DNA of 64,000 nucleotides from Octopus vulgaris. Taxonomy: Eukaryota. Made by a program: the position numbers and the translations under genes. The DNA lies in NCBI GenBank assembly GCA_951406725.2, contig OX597815.1, positions 83,390,001 to 83,454,000 of the forward strand. The letters run 5' to 3'. Positions 1 to 13,125 of this stretch are shown piece by piece; position 1 is the stretch's first letter, and the number at the start of each line of letters is the position of its first letter. The notes below the pieces were generated by a model. That model did not search any database. It was not told the DNA's origin and saw only the letters and a program-made list of their open reading frames with translations.

Positions 1-68
1 AAGGCGGTCCTCCAGCATGGCCACAGTCAAATGACTGAAACAAGTAAAAGAGTAAAAGAGTAAAGAGT
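1..68 (+). mobile_element. 3' end of SINE family 1, truncated by the window edge
   Basis: aaggcggtcctccagcatggccacagtcaaatgactgaaacaagtaaaagag matches the 3' end of the copies at 5465-5530 and 6255-6330, with a (gtaaaaga)n-like tail. Confidence 0.75.
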
Positions 69-1567
69 AGGAACTAAAAAAAGATGTTGAGGGATCAACC
101 AAAGTGGTAAATATCTGTCCACAACCCTGTTTGTCTTCTCGAGCACTCAACCTCTTCCGTCACAGTTACTCGACGAAGGAACAACAATTGTTCCGCTTCT
201 AACGAGTAGGGTAGTGGGCAGTATTTTAGTTGGAAGCCTTACTTATTATATACACCACGAAATCTGTTCAACCGAACTCCACACGTCAACCATACTCGGA
301 GAGTGCACGAGTGTGTGCAGTTCGGTTTCGTCGCTTTGTCTGCATGTCAGACAAGTCATATTTTCATTTCATGTATCCAATGCACGGCAAAGAACCTCTC
401 ATGCTCACTAGACTATGTGCAGTGTTTTGCTTTCGTTTCTTTATTTTTGATATCTCGCAAGTATGCGTCAAGAAAAGTTGATGTTTGCTCCTATTTTAAA
501 ATTGCCAGTGATGGTCAACAATGCGTAGGTTTTCGTTGCTATGTAACAAAAGATCTATAACAAAATGCTTAAGAGTGTCAGGTTTATGATAGCAACGTTT
601 CAAATTTTCTATGTTTAAATATTCCTCATATTCCCTTTTATTTATATTTTCGTTTGTTATGGTTAGGATTTTCGTGGTCAGTATTATGTTTAATTTTAAA
701 ACTTTATTCTTGTACTTAGCTTGTTGTCTCGCTTTGTGCTTTACATTCTCAATTTGTTCATTGTTAGCAGACATTTCATAATTGTTACATAGACTTACGT
801 AATGTAGTCTTTTATAGGATCTATTTCGGTTTCTGATACGTTTTGTTTTGAAAGTGCATTTTTTTCAGTAAATTATTTTCTTGCTATTCAGAAAAAATTT
901 CTAGACCTGGTCTATTTTAGCTTCCAAATAGTCTATGAATATAGTGCTATATTTTCATTAACAAGTTGTAATATATTTGAGGAGAAGAGTTTATATTGCT
1001 GTGATTTTTGTCAATTATAGAAGGAAGTCTATAGAGAAATTGCGTAGTCGACGATATAACACGGCCGCAGCCCTAGAGCTGATTATATGAGATAATAAAG
1101 TTACAGAGAAACGCACACATAATATAAATGTGGATGTACGTGTTTAGTTTTGTACCAATTGTTCGGTGTGATTGATGTATCTATCCGTACATTTACGGTA
1201 AATTTGTTTTGAACAACTTTGCTGCTGCTTGTGTTCCGTATAAAGCTGTTCCAATGGCAGAGACTGATAAACGAAGTTAGATATTTGGGAACGATATGAA
1301 GATCTAAAACATTAAAGGCGTGATCAGAGAGCGGATGCTGTGTAAGGTAAGAAACAAATACAAGAATAAAATATCTACGTATAGAGCTCGCGCATAGACA
1401 CACACACACATATCCGCGCACACATGCAAACGCGCGCACGCTACACACGTATATACATTTGTACATACATATATGCATGGGTGTATATGTATATACAAAG
1501 AGAGTGCGTGAGAGAGAGTGAGGGATGTGGTAGGATAGAAAGATATATAATGGATAGATGTCCGACT

Positions 1568-1597
<30 letters not shown>

Positions 1598-1598
<1 letters not shown>

Positions 1599-2887
1599 GA
1601 GGGGCGTTCAATAAGTAATGCCCCTGACCCACTTGCAGTTGTTTGATCTAGCTGGAGGTTTGCATGTGCAATTATTTCTATCTCTATAGATTAAGTGGCA
1701 AATTACAGCTCTGAACTAATTTTGGTTTCCGATTTACAGGTGTTTGAACTGAGTCAAGTGTGAAATGGAGCATTTTGAGTGTCGAGCAGTGATCCGGTTT
1801 TTGTATTTGAAAGGACGCACACCACGGGAGACTTTGGATGAAATGAAAGTAACTTATGGTGATGATGCCCCATCATATGACCTTGTAAAACGCTGGCATC
1901 GTGAATTCAAACATGGTAGGAACTCTGTGGAAACAGCTCCCAGATCTGGTCGCCCCTTCTGCCATTGATGAGGCATCTGTCTGTCAAGTTGAGGCTGCCA
2001 TTTTGGAAGATCGACGCATAACTATTCGCCAAATAGCCCATGAGGTCAAGATTAGTACCGGGTCTGTGGAACCTATCATTCATGACCATTTGCATATGCA
2101 AAAGGTGTCTGCCAGATGGATTCCCAGGTTGCTCACACCTTTCCAGAAGCAAGAACGCATCGATTGCTCGAGGATGAATTTGGAGATGTGCCAAGAAGAT
2201 GAGTCAAAATTTTTCAAAAGACTGATTGCATACGATAAAACCTGGGTCCATCACTATGATCCAGAGACCAAAGCCCAGTCAATGCAGTGGAAGCACCGTG
2301 ACTCACCTCCTCCAAAGAAGGCAAGGGTGCAGCCCTCCGCTGGCAAGGTCATGCTTACAGTCTTCTGGGACCAGGACGGAGTAGTGATGACAGATTTCCT
2401 GGCAAAGGGTACCACAATTACAGGAGCCTATTATGCTTCACTTTTGAGGAAATTAAGAGAAGCTATCAAAATCAAGAGGCGGGGCAAGATCAGCAAAGGC
2501 ATCCTCCTCCTGCAGGACAACGCTCCGATCCACAACTCACGTGTCGCCAGATCAGAAGCACAGGCGTGCGGCTATGAACTCATCCCCCATCCTCCCTACT
2601 CTCCTGACCTTGTACTCTCTGATTTTCACCTCTTCCCAGCCATTAAGTTGTTTTTGAAAGGAAAGCGTTTCCCAGATGATGCAGCCTGGATTTCTGAAGT
2701 CACATCGTGGTTAGAGGACCAAGCCGGGGTCTTCTACAAAAACGGTCTTCAGAGCTGCATCAAACGATGGGAGAAATGCGTAACTCTGGGTGGTTCCTAT
2801 GTAGAAAAAGACTAATAACTGTTCCAAGTTTCGTTGCTCTACTGCTATGGGAAGTGGGTCAGGGGCATTACTTATTGAACGCCCCTC

Positions 2888-2888
<1 letters not shown>
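1598..2888 (+). mobile_element. Full-length mariner (DD34D) DNA transposon, 1291 bp, irritans/Bytmar-like
   Basis: Perfect 37-bp TIRs cgaggggcgttcaataagtaatgcccctgacccactt at 1598-1634 and reverse complement at 2852-2888. Sits in (TA)n, with TA on the right and CA on the left. Confidence 0.96.
1765..2815 (+). pseudogene. Mariner transposase with one frameshift near 1955
   Basis: ORF 1765 (HTH region ending RSGRP) continues in another frame as ORF 1901-2815. Motifs WIPRLL, AYDKTW, LQDNAPIH and HPPYSPDLVLSD; 34 residues between the 2nd and 3rd Asp. Confidence 0.95.
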
Positions 2889-2939
<51 letters not shown>

Positions 2940-3854
2940 GCAGTGAGCATGAGAGAATGAGAAAGAGAGAGAGAGAGAAAGAAATAGGTATATACAGAGG
3001 CATCTTAATATATTTATAAGGAGGGATATAAAAGCACGAACACTCCATGCAGAAGGGAAAAGGTGGCGAAATAGAAAATCATATTTTGCAGGTGTATATA
3101 TGTGTAGGTGTGTTATCGAATGTATGCCTGCATTCTCAGATTTATGAAGATTACATATTGTTAGTATGATGCAAATTCTAATAGAAATATAGTAAGTTGT
3201 TATGTAGTCACAACAAGGACATTAGATTAGATACAGCAGCGACAGTAATCCACACGAGACTAGCAAATACTGCCATAATCATGGAAACTTTCATTATTTT
3301 AAGATGAATAAGAGGGAAAAAGTTACATATATACAGCAGACTACACTAAAGAAAATGCGACGAAGAAAAGAATAAAAACAAAAAATGAAAATTGTTTAGG
3401 AATGATCTCATGATTCCAAAAAAACATCTTGTAACAAACCAGGGGAAATATTCTCCAGTAGTTTTGAACAAAAACGAGTGTTACTGCTGGATTTTTTTTT
3501 CTTTTTAGTGTAAAAGATATTTTTTAAATAACAACAAAATACAGTGTTGAAAGAAATTTTTTAAAAAAATGGAGAAATAAATTATAAAACTAGCTAATAA
3601 AATGATATGTAGATTAAAATGATGTTGGAAGCTGCCCTACCAAATATTAATAATGGTAATAATAATAATCATAGAAGGCAACGGAATCTAAAAGAATAGG
3701 CATGCTCTGATGTTCAAAAACAAGTATATGTATGTGTATGTGAGTGTATGTGTGAGCGTATGTGTATGTATCCATGCGCGTGTGGGTGTAGGGCTTGCGC
3801 AAAACAATAATATTTAAATTTATGGTAATCTCCGAGCACAGAGACAAAGTGTAG

Positions 3855-4090
3855 TGACAGATACCATCTTAGCCTTCCAGATATAGAATAAGTTACTTTC
3901 ATATATCTCGTTCGGAGCCCCACAGGTTTTCAATATCTTACCGAGAAATTTAAGACTCCTATATCATGTGGATGTACAGATCTCCATAAAGAAATTCCAC
4001 CTGTTTTCCCTAGAATTCCAGCTCAATCTACTTCGGAGGAACTAACACATCTGAAGGCAACAACTTCGAAATCGTTTCTGCAGCAAAGCA
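3855..4090 (+). mobile_element. Decayed CR1/L2-type LINE 3' fragment
   Basis: Translates to SFGAPQVFNILPRNLRLLYHVDVQ, resembling the (W/F)NxLP C-terminal motif of CR1-group ORF2. Confidence 0.5.
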
Positions 4091-4129
4091 CAACTAGGAA
4101 AGAAGGATCATTTAGTGTAGAGATAGTGG

Positions 4130-4164
<35 letters not shown>

Positions 4165-4166
4165 AA

Positions 4167-4214
<48 letters not shown>

Positions 4215-4216
4215 CA

Positions 4217-4263
<47 letters not shown>

Positions 4264-5164
4264 GCTTACATATACATACACGCATACGTATTTATATAGT
4301 TAGATAGATTGATATATACATGCATAGATTGATATATAGTTCGATATTTTTACTCATATATATTTGCATATATATCTGTATGTTGAATTGTGTGTGTGTA
4401 TGAGTGTATGTGTGTGTGCGTGTGTGTGTATGTACGTGTTTATGCTGGCGCGTGTGCAAAGATGTGTGTTTGATTAGCCTACCACTGGAATCTCAGCCCA
4501 ATCACTTCTTCGTGATCAGATCTTCAGTAAGCAACGGTGATACTAATACACATGAACGCTGAAAGTCACCTCTGAGAGTCACCACCGATTTGTTGTAAGA
4601 AACTATAAACTATCAGGTCACACCCAGGCCCACATTTTCTCAAATGACTACAAAGTTAAGAATTTTAACAGTCATTCTAAATAGATGCTGCTTTTCTCTT
4701 CTACCTTCTGTTTATCATAAATGTATGACTGGAGTAAAGATAACAAGTTTAATGATTTCAGTAACGAAGCATTACTTGTCTCTTATTTACAAAGAAATTT
4801 TAAAATCCACAAAACAATGTCCTTTAAAACCCACACGTCGAATGAATATGGAATTTAGTAACCTGATTATGATTCAATGCTGCTTATGTGACTTTTATCG
4901 AGTTTCTTCATGCAGACAATTATATATTCTGAATTACATTGAGTTCACTAGCATGCAGAAAGTATGTACCAAGCAAACTTGAATGAGATCTGGAATATTC
5001 GATCGTCTATTAGTTATATATCATTAATAAATTGCTATGCAGCAATTAAAACTTTTATTAGACGAGTGAGTACTGCAGATGAATATTAATGTTTTTAGTA
5101 CTAGATATCAAGACATTAGTGTTAGTAACATGATGAACTGAAAACGTAACTACAATACTCTATC

Positions 5165-5259
5165 ACGTGGCAATTTGAGAAAGTGTCTTCGACTATACCC
5201 TCGGGCCGACCAAAGTCTTCTGAGTAGATTTGGTAGACGGAAACTGAAAGAAGCCCGTC

Positions 5260-5331
<72 letters not shown>

Positions 5332-5530
5332 GTGTGTGTGTGTGTTTGTGTGTCTGTGTTTGTCCCCCTAACATCGCTTAACAACCTAGCGGTTCGGCAA
5401 AAGAGTCCGGTAGAATAAGTACTAGGCTTAGAAAGAATAAGTCCTGGGGTCGATTTGCTCGACTAAAGGCGGTGCTCCAGCATGGCCGCAGTCAAATGAC
5501 TGAAACAAGTAACAGAGTAAAAGAGGAAAG
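5165..5530 (+). mobile_element. SINE family 1 with internal (TA)n(TG)n microsatellite
   Basis: gggccgaccaaag...ggtagacggaaactgaaagaagcccgtcg, then microsatellite, then aataagtcctggggtcgatttgctcgactaaaggcggtgctccagcatggcc and the tail; the 3' part recurs at 1-68 and 6100-6330. Confidence 0.75.
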
Positions 5531-6099
5531 AGTATAATTAAACCATTATGGATCTCACTTTTCTAACAGTATCTAAGCCTGGTCGTGAAGTAGAAAGAAC
5601 TAAGTTTCTCACTGAAGGTACTCATGAGTTGGGCTTATGTTTCTCATTCCATATATATATAAATGCAAAATAGATTGGTGCTTTACAAATCTATCTAGAA
5701 AAAATTGTAAAGGGACGTGAAACTTACGGAGCTATTTATTGATATTTAAAATATGTAGGTAAGTGAAGCAATTCCATAGTTGTTTACATGTTCGTATGAC
5801 TTCAACAGCAAAGAGTTTACTAAGTTGCACTTGAAAAAGTACTAATGCAATAAGAGCGATCTATACAGGACAATGATTTCTAGGCTGATGGCAGATATCA
5901 CTCTCAAAAGAGGGCTCAGAGAAGACCACTTCATAACAGGTGTTAGTGTTGCACTTCAGTAATTGTCCAACACGCGATAATAATAAAACTTGTACTCCCC
6001 CATATCTAAAGAAGAATATGTGAACGGGAATAGGTTTTGAACTCAGAACGTAAACGGATAAGACAGATAATCTATAACAACTATAGACACATCAATACA

Positions 6100-6330
6100 A
6101 ACAAGCAGTGGTGTCTGTTTTTGTCCCATCCACACCATCACTTGAAGCCATTGTAGGTGTGTTTATTTCCCTGTAACTTTGCGGTTTGGCATAAGAGCCC
6201 GATAAAATAAGTATTATGCTTACAAAGAATAAGTCTTGGGGACGATTTGCTTGACTAAAGACAGTGCTGCAGCATGACTTTAGTTAAATTACTGAAACAA
6301 GTAAAAGAATAAAATAATCAAAGAATAAAA
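6100..6330 (+). mobile_element. Diverged SINE family 1 copy, 3' half
   Basis: gcggtttggcataagagcccgataaaataag...gactaaagacagtgctgcagcatg...actgaaacaagtaaaagaat aligns with 5390-5530. Confidence 0.65.
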
Positions 6331-6526
6331 GTATATATGTCTATCTATGTATTTATATATGGATGTAAGTATATATGTATCACTCTCTCTCTCTCTGTAT
6401 ATATATATGAATGGATATAATTAATAAATATCCTCGAAACAGCTGTAAGACCTATCTACAAATGTTCTATCTACACAGCCTTGGTTTTTTTATCTCATTA
6501 CGTAAAACATTCTTATATATATATTC

Positions 6527-6720
6527 AAAATGTTACCGCGTGTGTACCGTTGGCGATTTTTTCCTCCGTCTTCCCTTCTCTTGATCTTTCCTTTTCCTAT
6601 GTTTCTGACGAAGAGCTCCGCTCGAAACGTTAAACCCTCCTTCTTCCCTTCCTTCCTGAGCGTCCACGTACTATTTCTTCCACGTACTCGCGTTGTTGTG
6701 TTTTCATGTTTAGATTAACT
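6527..6720 (+). mobile_element. ~200-bp non-autonomous PLE-derived element carrying a minimal hammerhead (copy 1)
   Basis: Homologous end-to-end to 13126-13313 and 58137-58350; same aaaat start; ends in (TA)n. Confidence 0.75.
6601..6635 (+). ncRNA. Minimal type I hammerhead ribozyme
   Basis: gttt-CUGACGA-a-gagc(ucc)gcuc-GAAA-cg-UU-aaac: stem I gttt/aaac, palindromic ACGU stem III, GUU site. Confidence 0.7.
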
Positions 6721-6948
6721 TATATATATATATATATATATATTTGAGAAGTTGAATGAATTATCTTATTAAGGATAATTCGAATTAACCGATACCTGAG
6801 TAGCAAATTCACATCAGAAAAAACACGGCTGAAGTTACGTGCCTAGGGCATAGATTACGTGCTTTCGTGTGGAAATTTGTATGTTTATTTTAAAAATATA
6901 AATATATGAAAGAATGGAGCTGAACGATGAATTAACAAAATTCCTTTA

Positions 6949-7031
6949 TTTTCGACATATGTTTCGAAGGCTGAATATTCCTAATTGCGAAGGAATAAGG
7001 AGTACATTATGCCGCTTTCTCATCAGGAAAA
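6949..7031 (-). ncRNA. Type I hammerhead ribozyme with extended stem II
   Basis: Minus strand: uuuuc-CUGAUGA-gaaagc...gccuuc-GAAA-cauaug-UC-gaaaa. 5-bp stem I, palindromic ACAUAUGU stem III, GUC site; predicted cut between 6954 and 6953. Confidence 0.85.
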
Positions 7032-7641
7032 GCAAGGAACTTCTGTCAACATCAAAATGCACAAAAAAAAACTTTTAGATGATTGCTCACACGGAGCCCA
7101 TAGCGGTAATGAGTGTCTCTTTAAAATATTCCTTTATAAGGAGTGACGTCAAAGTGGTTGAAAGTAGAAGAATCTAGAAGGTTCTAAAGGTTCAAGGGTT
7201 CAAACGAAGTAGGAGGAGAGAGGCAAAAGAATAGGAAGGTGAAAGCGTGCAGGTCATATGAATGGTGGATTTTGTTAATTTCTTTTGTGGATGAGTGCCT
7301 GTGTGTGTGACTGTATATAACTGCATTAATGTGTGTGTGTATGTATGTGTATGCGTGATTGTGTATGTGGATGGGTAGATGTCAGAAAGCAGACAGTGGT
7401 GAGGTGAGAGGTTTGTGTCTGTGTGTTTGATTGTGCTTACTATAGAAAGAGGGAAATAGAGAGAGAAAGAGAGAGAAAGAGAGAGAAAGAGGGAGCGAGG
7501 TAGAGGGACTAAGGCAACAACCTCACTGGATTGGGTAGTAGTTCTTTGAAAGTATAAAAAAAATGTTTATGACTATGGGGTGACATATATAAAAAAAGAA
7601 GTTATGTTAATTAAAATTCAAGGAGTTATCTATATTAATCA

Positions 7642-10170
7642 TTATTCATATGAGTGAAAGGTGTATTTTTGCCAGTGCATGCACCTGTATGGCCTCTCGA
7701 CGATTGTATTTATTAAAGGGACTTTGGCGAACAAAATATGAAAAAGTTCGGAATTACAGATGCCACAAAGTTTTCTGCCCTTATCAAACGGAAAGGACAC
7801 CGACAATATGGACCATTCCAGCTTGAAAGTTGTATTGCTGTCCTTCAGACGCCAAACTAATTTACTTAGTCCCGTGCTGTGTTGTTTTCTCTTATCTCGG
7901 AAAGTTGAATAATGATTGGAGATCCGTTAGGCTAATTGAGAAGAAGTTGCTCCAATGTATAAGACATCGGTTCCAGAAGAAAATTTGCACTGGTAAATGG
8001 TGTTTCTAATTTTGGAATTTTGGGATAAGAACTTTAATCTGTTGGGGTTAACTTCCGATACTAAGACAGAGTTTTTATTGTTATTATAGGTGTAAATATT
8101 TTTGCTAGTCTTGGCCACGATACTATTCATCTTATTATCATTACTATTAATTGTAATATCGTCGGCAATTTCTCTGACTATAGGAATGCTGTGATTGTTA
8201 TCATCAATAATACAACTGTTATTAGAAATGCTATTACTATTACCACTAACACCACCACTGTTAATAATCCAGCAATATTATTATCATTATTACTATTGTT
8301 AACGCCAATGCTGCTATGAATGTTGCTAATATCAATACTATTTATATTATTATTATTATTGCATGTTAGGTTGGAATTGGTAAGGGCAGTGTCGCTACAC
8401 CTGGGTGATGAGTCCTTATTTAGCAGTTTATTATTATGGGAGGCAATTATCTGCGATAGATTTCTAATGTTGGAGAATGCAATCCTCGCCTTATGCAAAT
8501 TGATAGTAGTGTAATACCTAGAATTCCTGGGAAAGTTTCTAGCTACGGCTTCGCGGAACTGTAAAGGGAGATTAGACCTGATTTGTTTACCGAAAGGAAT
8601 GATAAACCAGATATAGTTTTTTTGGGACTCAGAATGGCTCAGAGTGTTAACATTTTTCATTAAAGGGAGCATATCTGTGTTGTAGAATTGGTGTTGGTTT
8701 TCGATTGCCTCCCCTGGTCCGTAAATTATTTTTGTTAATTATATTAGTGTCGACGTTGCTAGAGCTGAAATCATTAATTACATTATTTCTATTGTTATTA
8801 GTGTTTTTATCCTGAGAAGCAAATATTAGTTTAGAATGGGCCAGGTCAATATATGATACATTATCCCTAAAACCGGCTTTTGACAAGGTGGCATTATAAA
8901 ATTCCGCTTTTTGTTTAAAAACGTCGACATTCGCAGATAAATTTGATAGTCTTAAGGATATATTTTTAACTAAGTTATCGGTGATAGTTTTTGCATGGTT
9001 ACTGAAAATGCTGACATATTTAAGGTTGGTAGAAGGCTTATGGTAAGGGAAGTAAGAATTGTTATGCAGATTTAGGGTAACATCTAAAAAGTTGGCTTTA
9101 GTTAGTTCGTCGTCGAAAACTATGCTCATGCCCATTCTGCTAAAAAATCTAGCTAATCTGTTTTTAGTCTTCTGTATCATACTGTTCGGAGCATTCTGTA
9201 GGTAAAATAGACAATCGTCTCGATACAGACCGCCGCAGATGTCCGGGAATTGGTCCGCTAATTCATAGAGAATATAGATTCCGACCAAATCGGCTATCTT
9301 GGCGCTGTCTGAGCTTCCCATTGGCACATCGAACGCGTTGGGGGTATCCTTACGGTTCCATAACTTATCATCGAACTGTATGAAGGATTTTCTAGCCGCT
9401 AAAATTATATTAATTTCCTCCCTTGTGAGACCTGCCTTATTATGTGCGTGCCATAGGGCCTTATTGAGTACACTAGGGTTGATCGAAGGGTAGAAACTAG
9501 AAATATCGAATTGAATGAATTTTGTGTTGTTTTTATTAGAAATAGAAGAAAACCACTCTACGATTTGAGTGGAGTTAGACCATATGTTGAGTTTTAACTT
9601 ATTGATTAATCTAGGTATGTATTTATCTAAAATGTATTTACTAATGGAAGCGATGTCGGAACTAGAGGGGCATATGAGCCTTAATGCTGGATTGGTGTGA
9701 AAGTTTGGTTTATGGTCCTTGACGATGACTCTTGGTTGTCTTGGGTTCAGCGGTTGTGTTTTCATTTGTAATCCATACGTTTCCATGATTTTCTTAATTT
9801 CCAAGTTGGCTTGTCTGAGTGTATTCTTATTTGTTCTTCTGTACTTCTTCTGTATTTCTTTCTTGAGCATTTCTAAATACTGTTTTTTTGCTAGCTTATA
9901 TGTGTTCCTGGTTTTATCTGATTGGACCAGGATAGCGTCTAAATTGTTTATATCTTTGGTGACTTTATATCTTTGGTGACTTTGTTTATTCCTAAGGGGC
10001 GATTTACGGAATTTAATGCTCCTTACAATGTCCCACAGGTCGTCCTCAAATTTCTTCAGTCTGGGAATAGGTGGAGGGGTTTCCCTCGACTTGAATAACT
10101 TCTTATATTCGGAAGATGTTTCGGTACCGTTCTGTTTTATATCCGTTTCATCACCGCCTAAAATGTCCAC
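7642..10170 (-). pseudogene. PLE reverse transcriptase + GIY-YIG endonuclease, disrupted
   Basis: ORF 8647-10170 has QFDISSFYPSI, FDVPMGSSDS, GLYRDD and FLDVTLNL. After frameshifts come IWFIIPF/IIASHN and TIYQCK...LYIGAT, a TAA at 7927, then in-frame RISNHYSTF...LCGICNSE...CMH to a stop at 7642. Confidence 0.9.
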
Positions 10171-12590
10171 TTTTCACTGTCCCTTTCAGTTGCTTTCAAC
10201 CTTCTATTAACCTTTCCCTACTGATTTTCAAAACAACACGCTTCTGTAGTCACCTTTCCTTTCTCAGTCGCTACCTTCATCCCCGCCTCATTCCTAAAGT
10301 TTTCCGCCTCCATTTCCACCCCACTCTCCACTCTGCTTCAACCAACTGCGTATTACATCCTACCGCCTTATGCGCGGCGCCATTCGTTCTAATCTCCCAT
10401 GCTAACACTAGTTTAAGTTCCATAATTCATTTAAATCATTACTTTCATCAATTTCTCGCTCACACCAAACAACGTAAACTCCACTCACTCACTCCTGCAT
10501 TACATCACACCCGATGCCACTACTCAAACTCCTCCCCTACCTCTCTTCCTCCCTGATACTTTTCCCCACCCTCACCAAAACCCGTCCCTCCCAAGCCTTA
10601 CCCATATACCCCTCATCCCCTCCCTCTAAGCCTTCCACCCTCATCCGTCTTACTTCTGTCCCATCCACCCCTTCTCCAATTCAGTCTATTGTTACCATTC
10701 CTCCAGATCTTCCCCTTCTCTGAAGCGCAGGACTCCCTCCTCAGTAACGGTCTGCTCTTCATCACCCTCACTCCATCCAGCAACGAATTTCAGACTCGTG
10801 CCGACATCCACAAATTTGTGCACTGCATTAGGTTGTGTGCGCTTTTCCGTGACAATCCACCTGCATCTCATGAGAAGGACTCTTTCACCGACCTGGGCCG
10901 CCGACATTCCAGTGGAGGCCGGCTCCTGGCCCGTTCCAAGCAATCGATCATTTTGCGGATGCCTGCCAGCATGCTGTGGAATGGTTTGACTTTTCCAAGC
11001 ATCCCTGACATCAGAACATCTCGGCCCTTCGATGTCTCCGACGCCGCACGGACTTTCATCATAAAACCGGCCGACAAGGATGGAGCTGTGGTGGTGTGGG
11101 GCGCGACCTCTACAAGGCAGAAGCTATCCACCAGCTTCAAGACAACTCCTTGTACTGCCCTCTATCCTCAAACTCCACGCCCAGCTACCAACAGACTGTG
11201 TCCTCCAAAACTTCTTTTCACTCATGACATCAAGAGTCTATACACGGTGATACCTCACCACGAGGAGCTGCGTGCACTCCAACATTTCCTTGAACTTCGG
11301 CCCAAACCTCAAACTGACACATCCACACTCCTTCGTCCGCCTGAACTTGTCCTCTCACTGCTTCTCATTAGCGGGTGATTTTTACTTGCCATTCTCGGGA
11401 GTCGGCATGGAAACGAGAATGGAACCCAACTATGCGAACCTGTCGTTGGCTACGTTGAGGCCCAAATAATCTTAAGTTTCATTCATCCCACTCTTGAATT
11501 ATACTGTTGTTATATATATCCTTCCATCCTGCCCTCCACTTCTCGTGCACTATTTCCGACACCTCAGTCGCCTTTCTTGACATTTCGGTCAGCATTCATC
11601 ACCCCATTCTCACCTACAAACACACACTCACACTCATATCTAAACTTCTCCTCCTCCCACCCTAAACACACCAAGCTCTCCATCCCCTATTCCCAATTCC
11701 TCCGTTTACGCAGACTCTACAGTAACAACCATGACTTTGAGACTCAGTCTCAACTCATAGCTGGCCACTTCATCCTAAATGGATATCCCCTCACCACTAT
11801 CCACACCGCCCTTGCCAGAGCACGTTCCGTGGACCGTGCATCTACGCTCTCCCCCGCACCTGCCCCGCCATCACCCATCTCCCTTTTCCCTACACTTACC
11901 ACACTTCTGGCACCTACTTCCTCTCTTCACTCTTACCCACCCTCTTCCTTCATCGTCATCCCCTCCCTTTTTACCCACCCCTACACAGTCCAAACCCACC
12001 ATCCCTATACATCCCATCACTTAGAACCCCATCCTTGCTTCCCCCATTCTCGCCTCCCCTACAACCAAACACCACACGACAAAACTCCACACCACCACAC
12101 CAAACACTATCACACCACACACCACCGCACCACGACACCCCAATACCACACCACACTCCATCACACAACCCCGCACACACTAACATTGACCACTTCCTAG
12201 CACCTACACATGCACACACGCACACATCAGTGTCACCAGCCCCCTTCCACGCGTACATACACGCACTCACATACCAACGCACACGCACATTCATTTTGGG
12301 ATCACTACTACTTTAGCACCACTACTGTATTATCTCCCCTTCTTCGTAGCTGTCTTGTGAGACCCCTTTGTCCGGCATTCACCATGATAGATCACTAGCC
12401 GCTATACCTTTTTCTATTTTCTCTCACCGTTTATTTGTATGTGCTTTTGTTTGAAGAGCGTAGGCTCGAAATGTAAAAGATTTTTCTCACTTCCCGAGCG
12501 TAAAACTAATACAGTAATACATCTGTTTGTTGTTTACACACACGTCTTCGTCTTTTTCTTTTTAAGGTAAAATCTCACTATGTATACATG
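10171..12590 (+). mobile_element. Decayed, internally deleted Neptune-type PLE
   Basis: Frame fragments RFCSHLSFL..LIPK, VTIPPDLP..LLSNGL, IIKPADKDGAVVVW, LFTHDIKSLYTVIPH, GVGMETRMEPNYANL and SSSHPKHTKLSIPYSQFLRLRR. The 3' end (12400-12590) resembles 28000-28180 and holds a degenerate hammerhead at 12444-12480. Confidence 0.85.
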
Positions 12591-13125
12591 TATATTTATA
12601 TATGTATATATATATATATATATATGTATATCTATATATATATATATATATATATACACCCACATATACGAAATACTGAATGAATACATAATGAAAGTTG
12701 CAACAAAAACAAACTGAAATTTATGAATAATCGACATTTCCGAAACTTTTCTATTTTCTAGGAAATTTTATAGTCGCCTATGAAGAAACAAAGTCTAAGA
12801 CATCCTTGATTTCCCCAAAGCATAGCATAGAATTTTCCTTACGCATCTATGTAGATGCATACATATACACACGAAGATCTCAATATATATCATTATGCAT
12901 ATTTTCTTTCAATATATACACATACAAACACACAATCACACACACATACATTTAAACTTTATATATTCATATATACATGTGCAATGTTGGCAAATAAATT
13001 ACTATATATATATGTATACTTACACACACACCCATATATATGTATATGTATGTACATATATATATTTATATGTATGTTTGTATGTATGTATGTATATAAA
13101 CATACATATGCATGTTTGTTTTTTC

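Larger units (their letters stand above)
6740..10170 (-). mobile_element. Penelope-like retroelement (probably Nematis-type), 5'-truncated, with 3' pLTR region
   Basis: RT, C-terminal GIY-YIG ORF pieces and a hammerhead in the 3' region are all on the minus strand; ends next to (TA)n at 6721-6742. Confidence 0.88.

Noticed and set aside
169-195. ctcgacgaa-ggaacaa(caa)ttgttcc hairpin resembling a hammerhead 5' half
   Set aside because: The core is altered and no GAAA or stem III follows.
496-774. 92-aa K/N-rich minus-strand ORF
   Set aside because: No recognisable motif; upstream frames are broken; possibly decayed TE sequence but unsupported.
4475-4535. Minus-strand CUGAAGA followed by a hairpin
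   Set aside because: No GAAA after the stem and no stem I.
7927-7929. In-frame stop in the GIY-YIG domain as possible selenocysteine recoding (as in Naiad PLEs)
   Set aside because: The codon is TAA, not TGA, and the endonuclease is C-terminal; an ordinary nonsense mutation.
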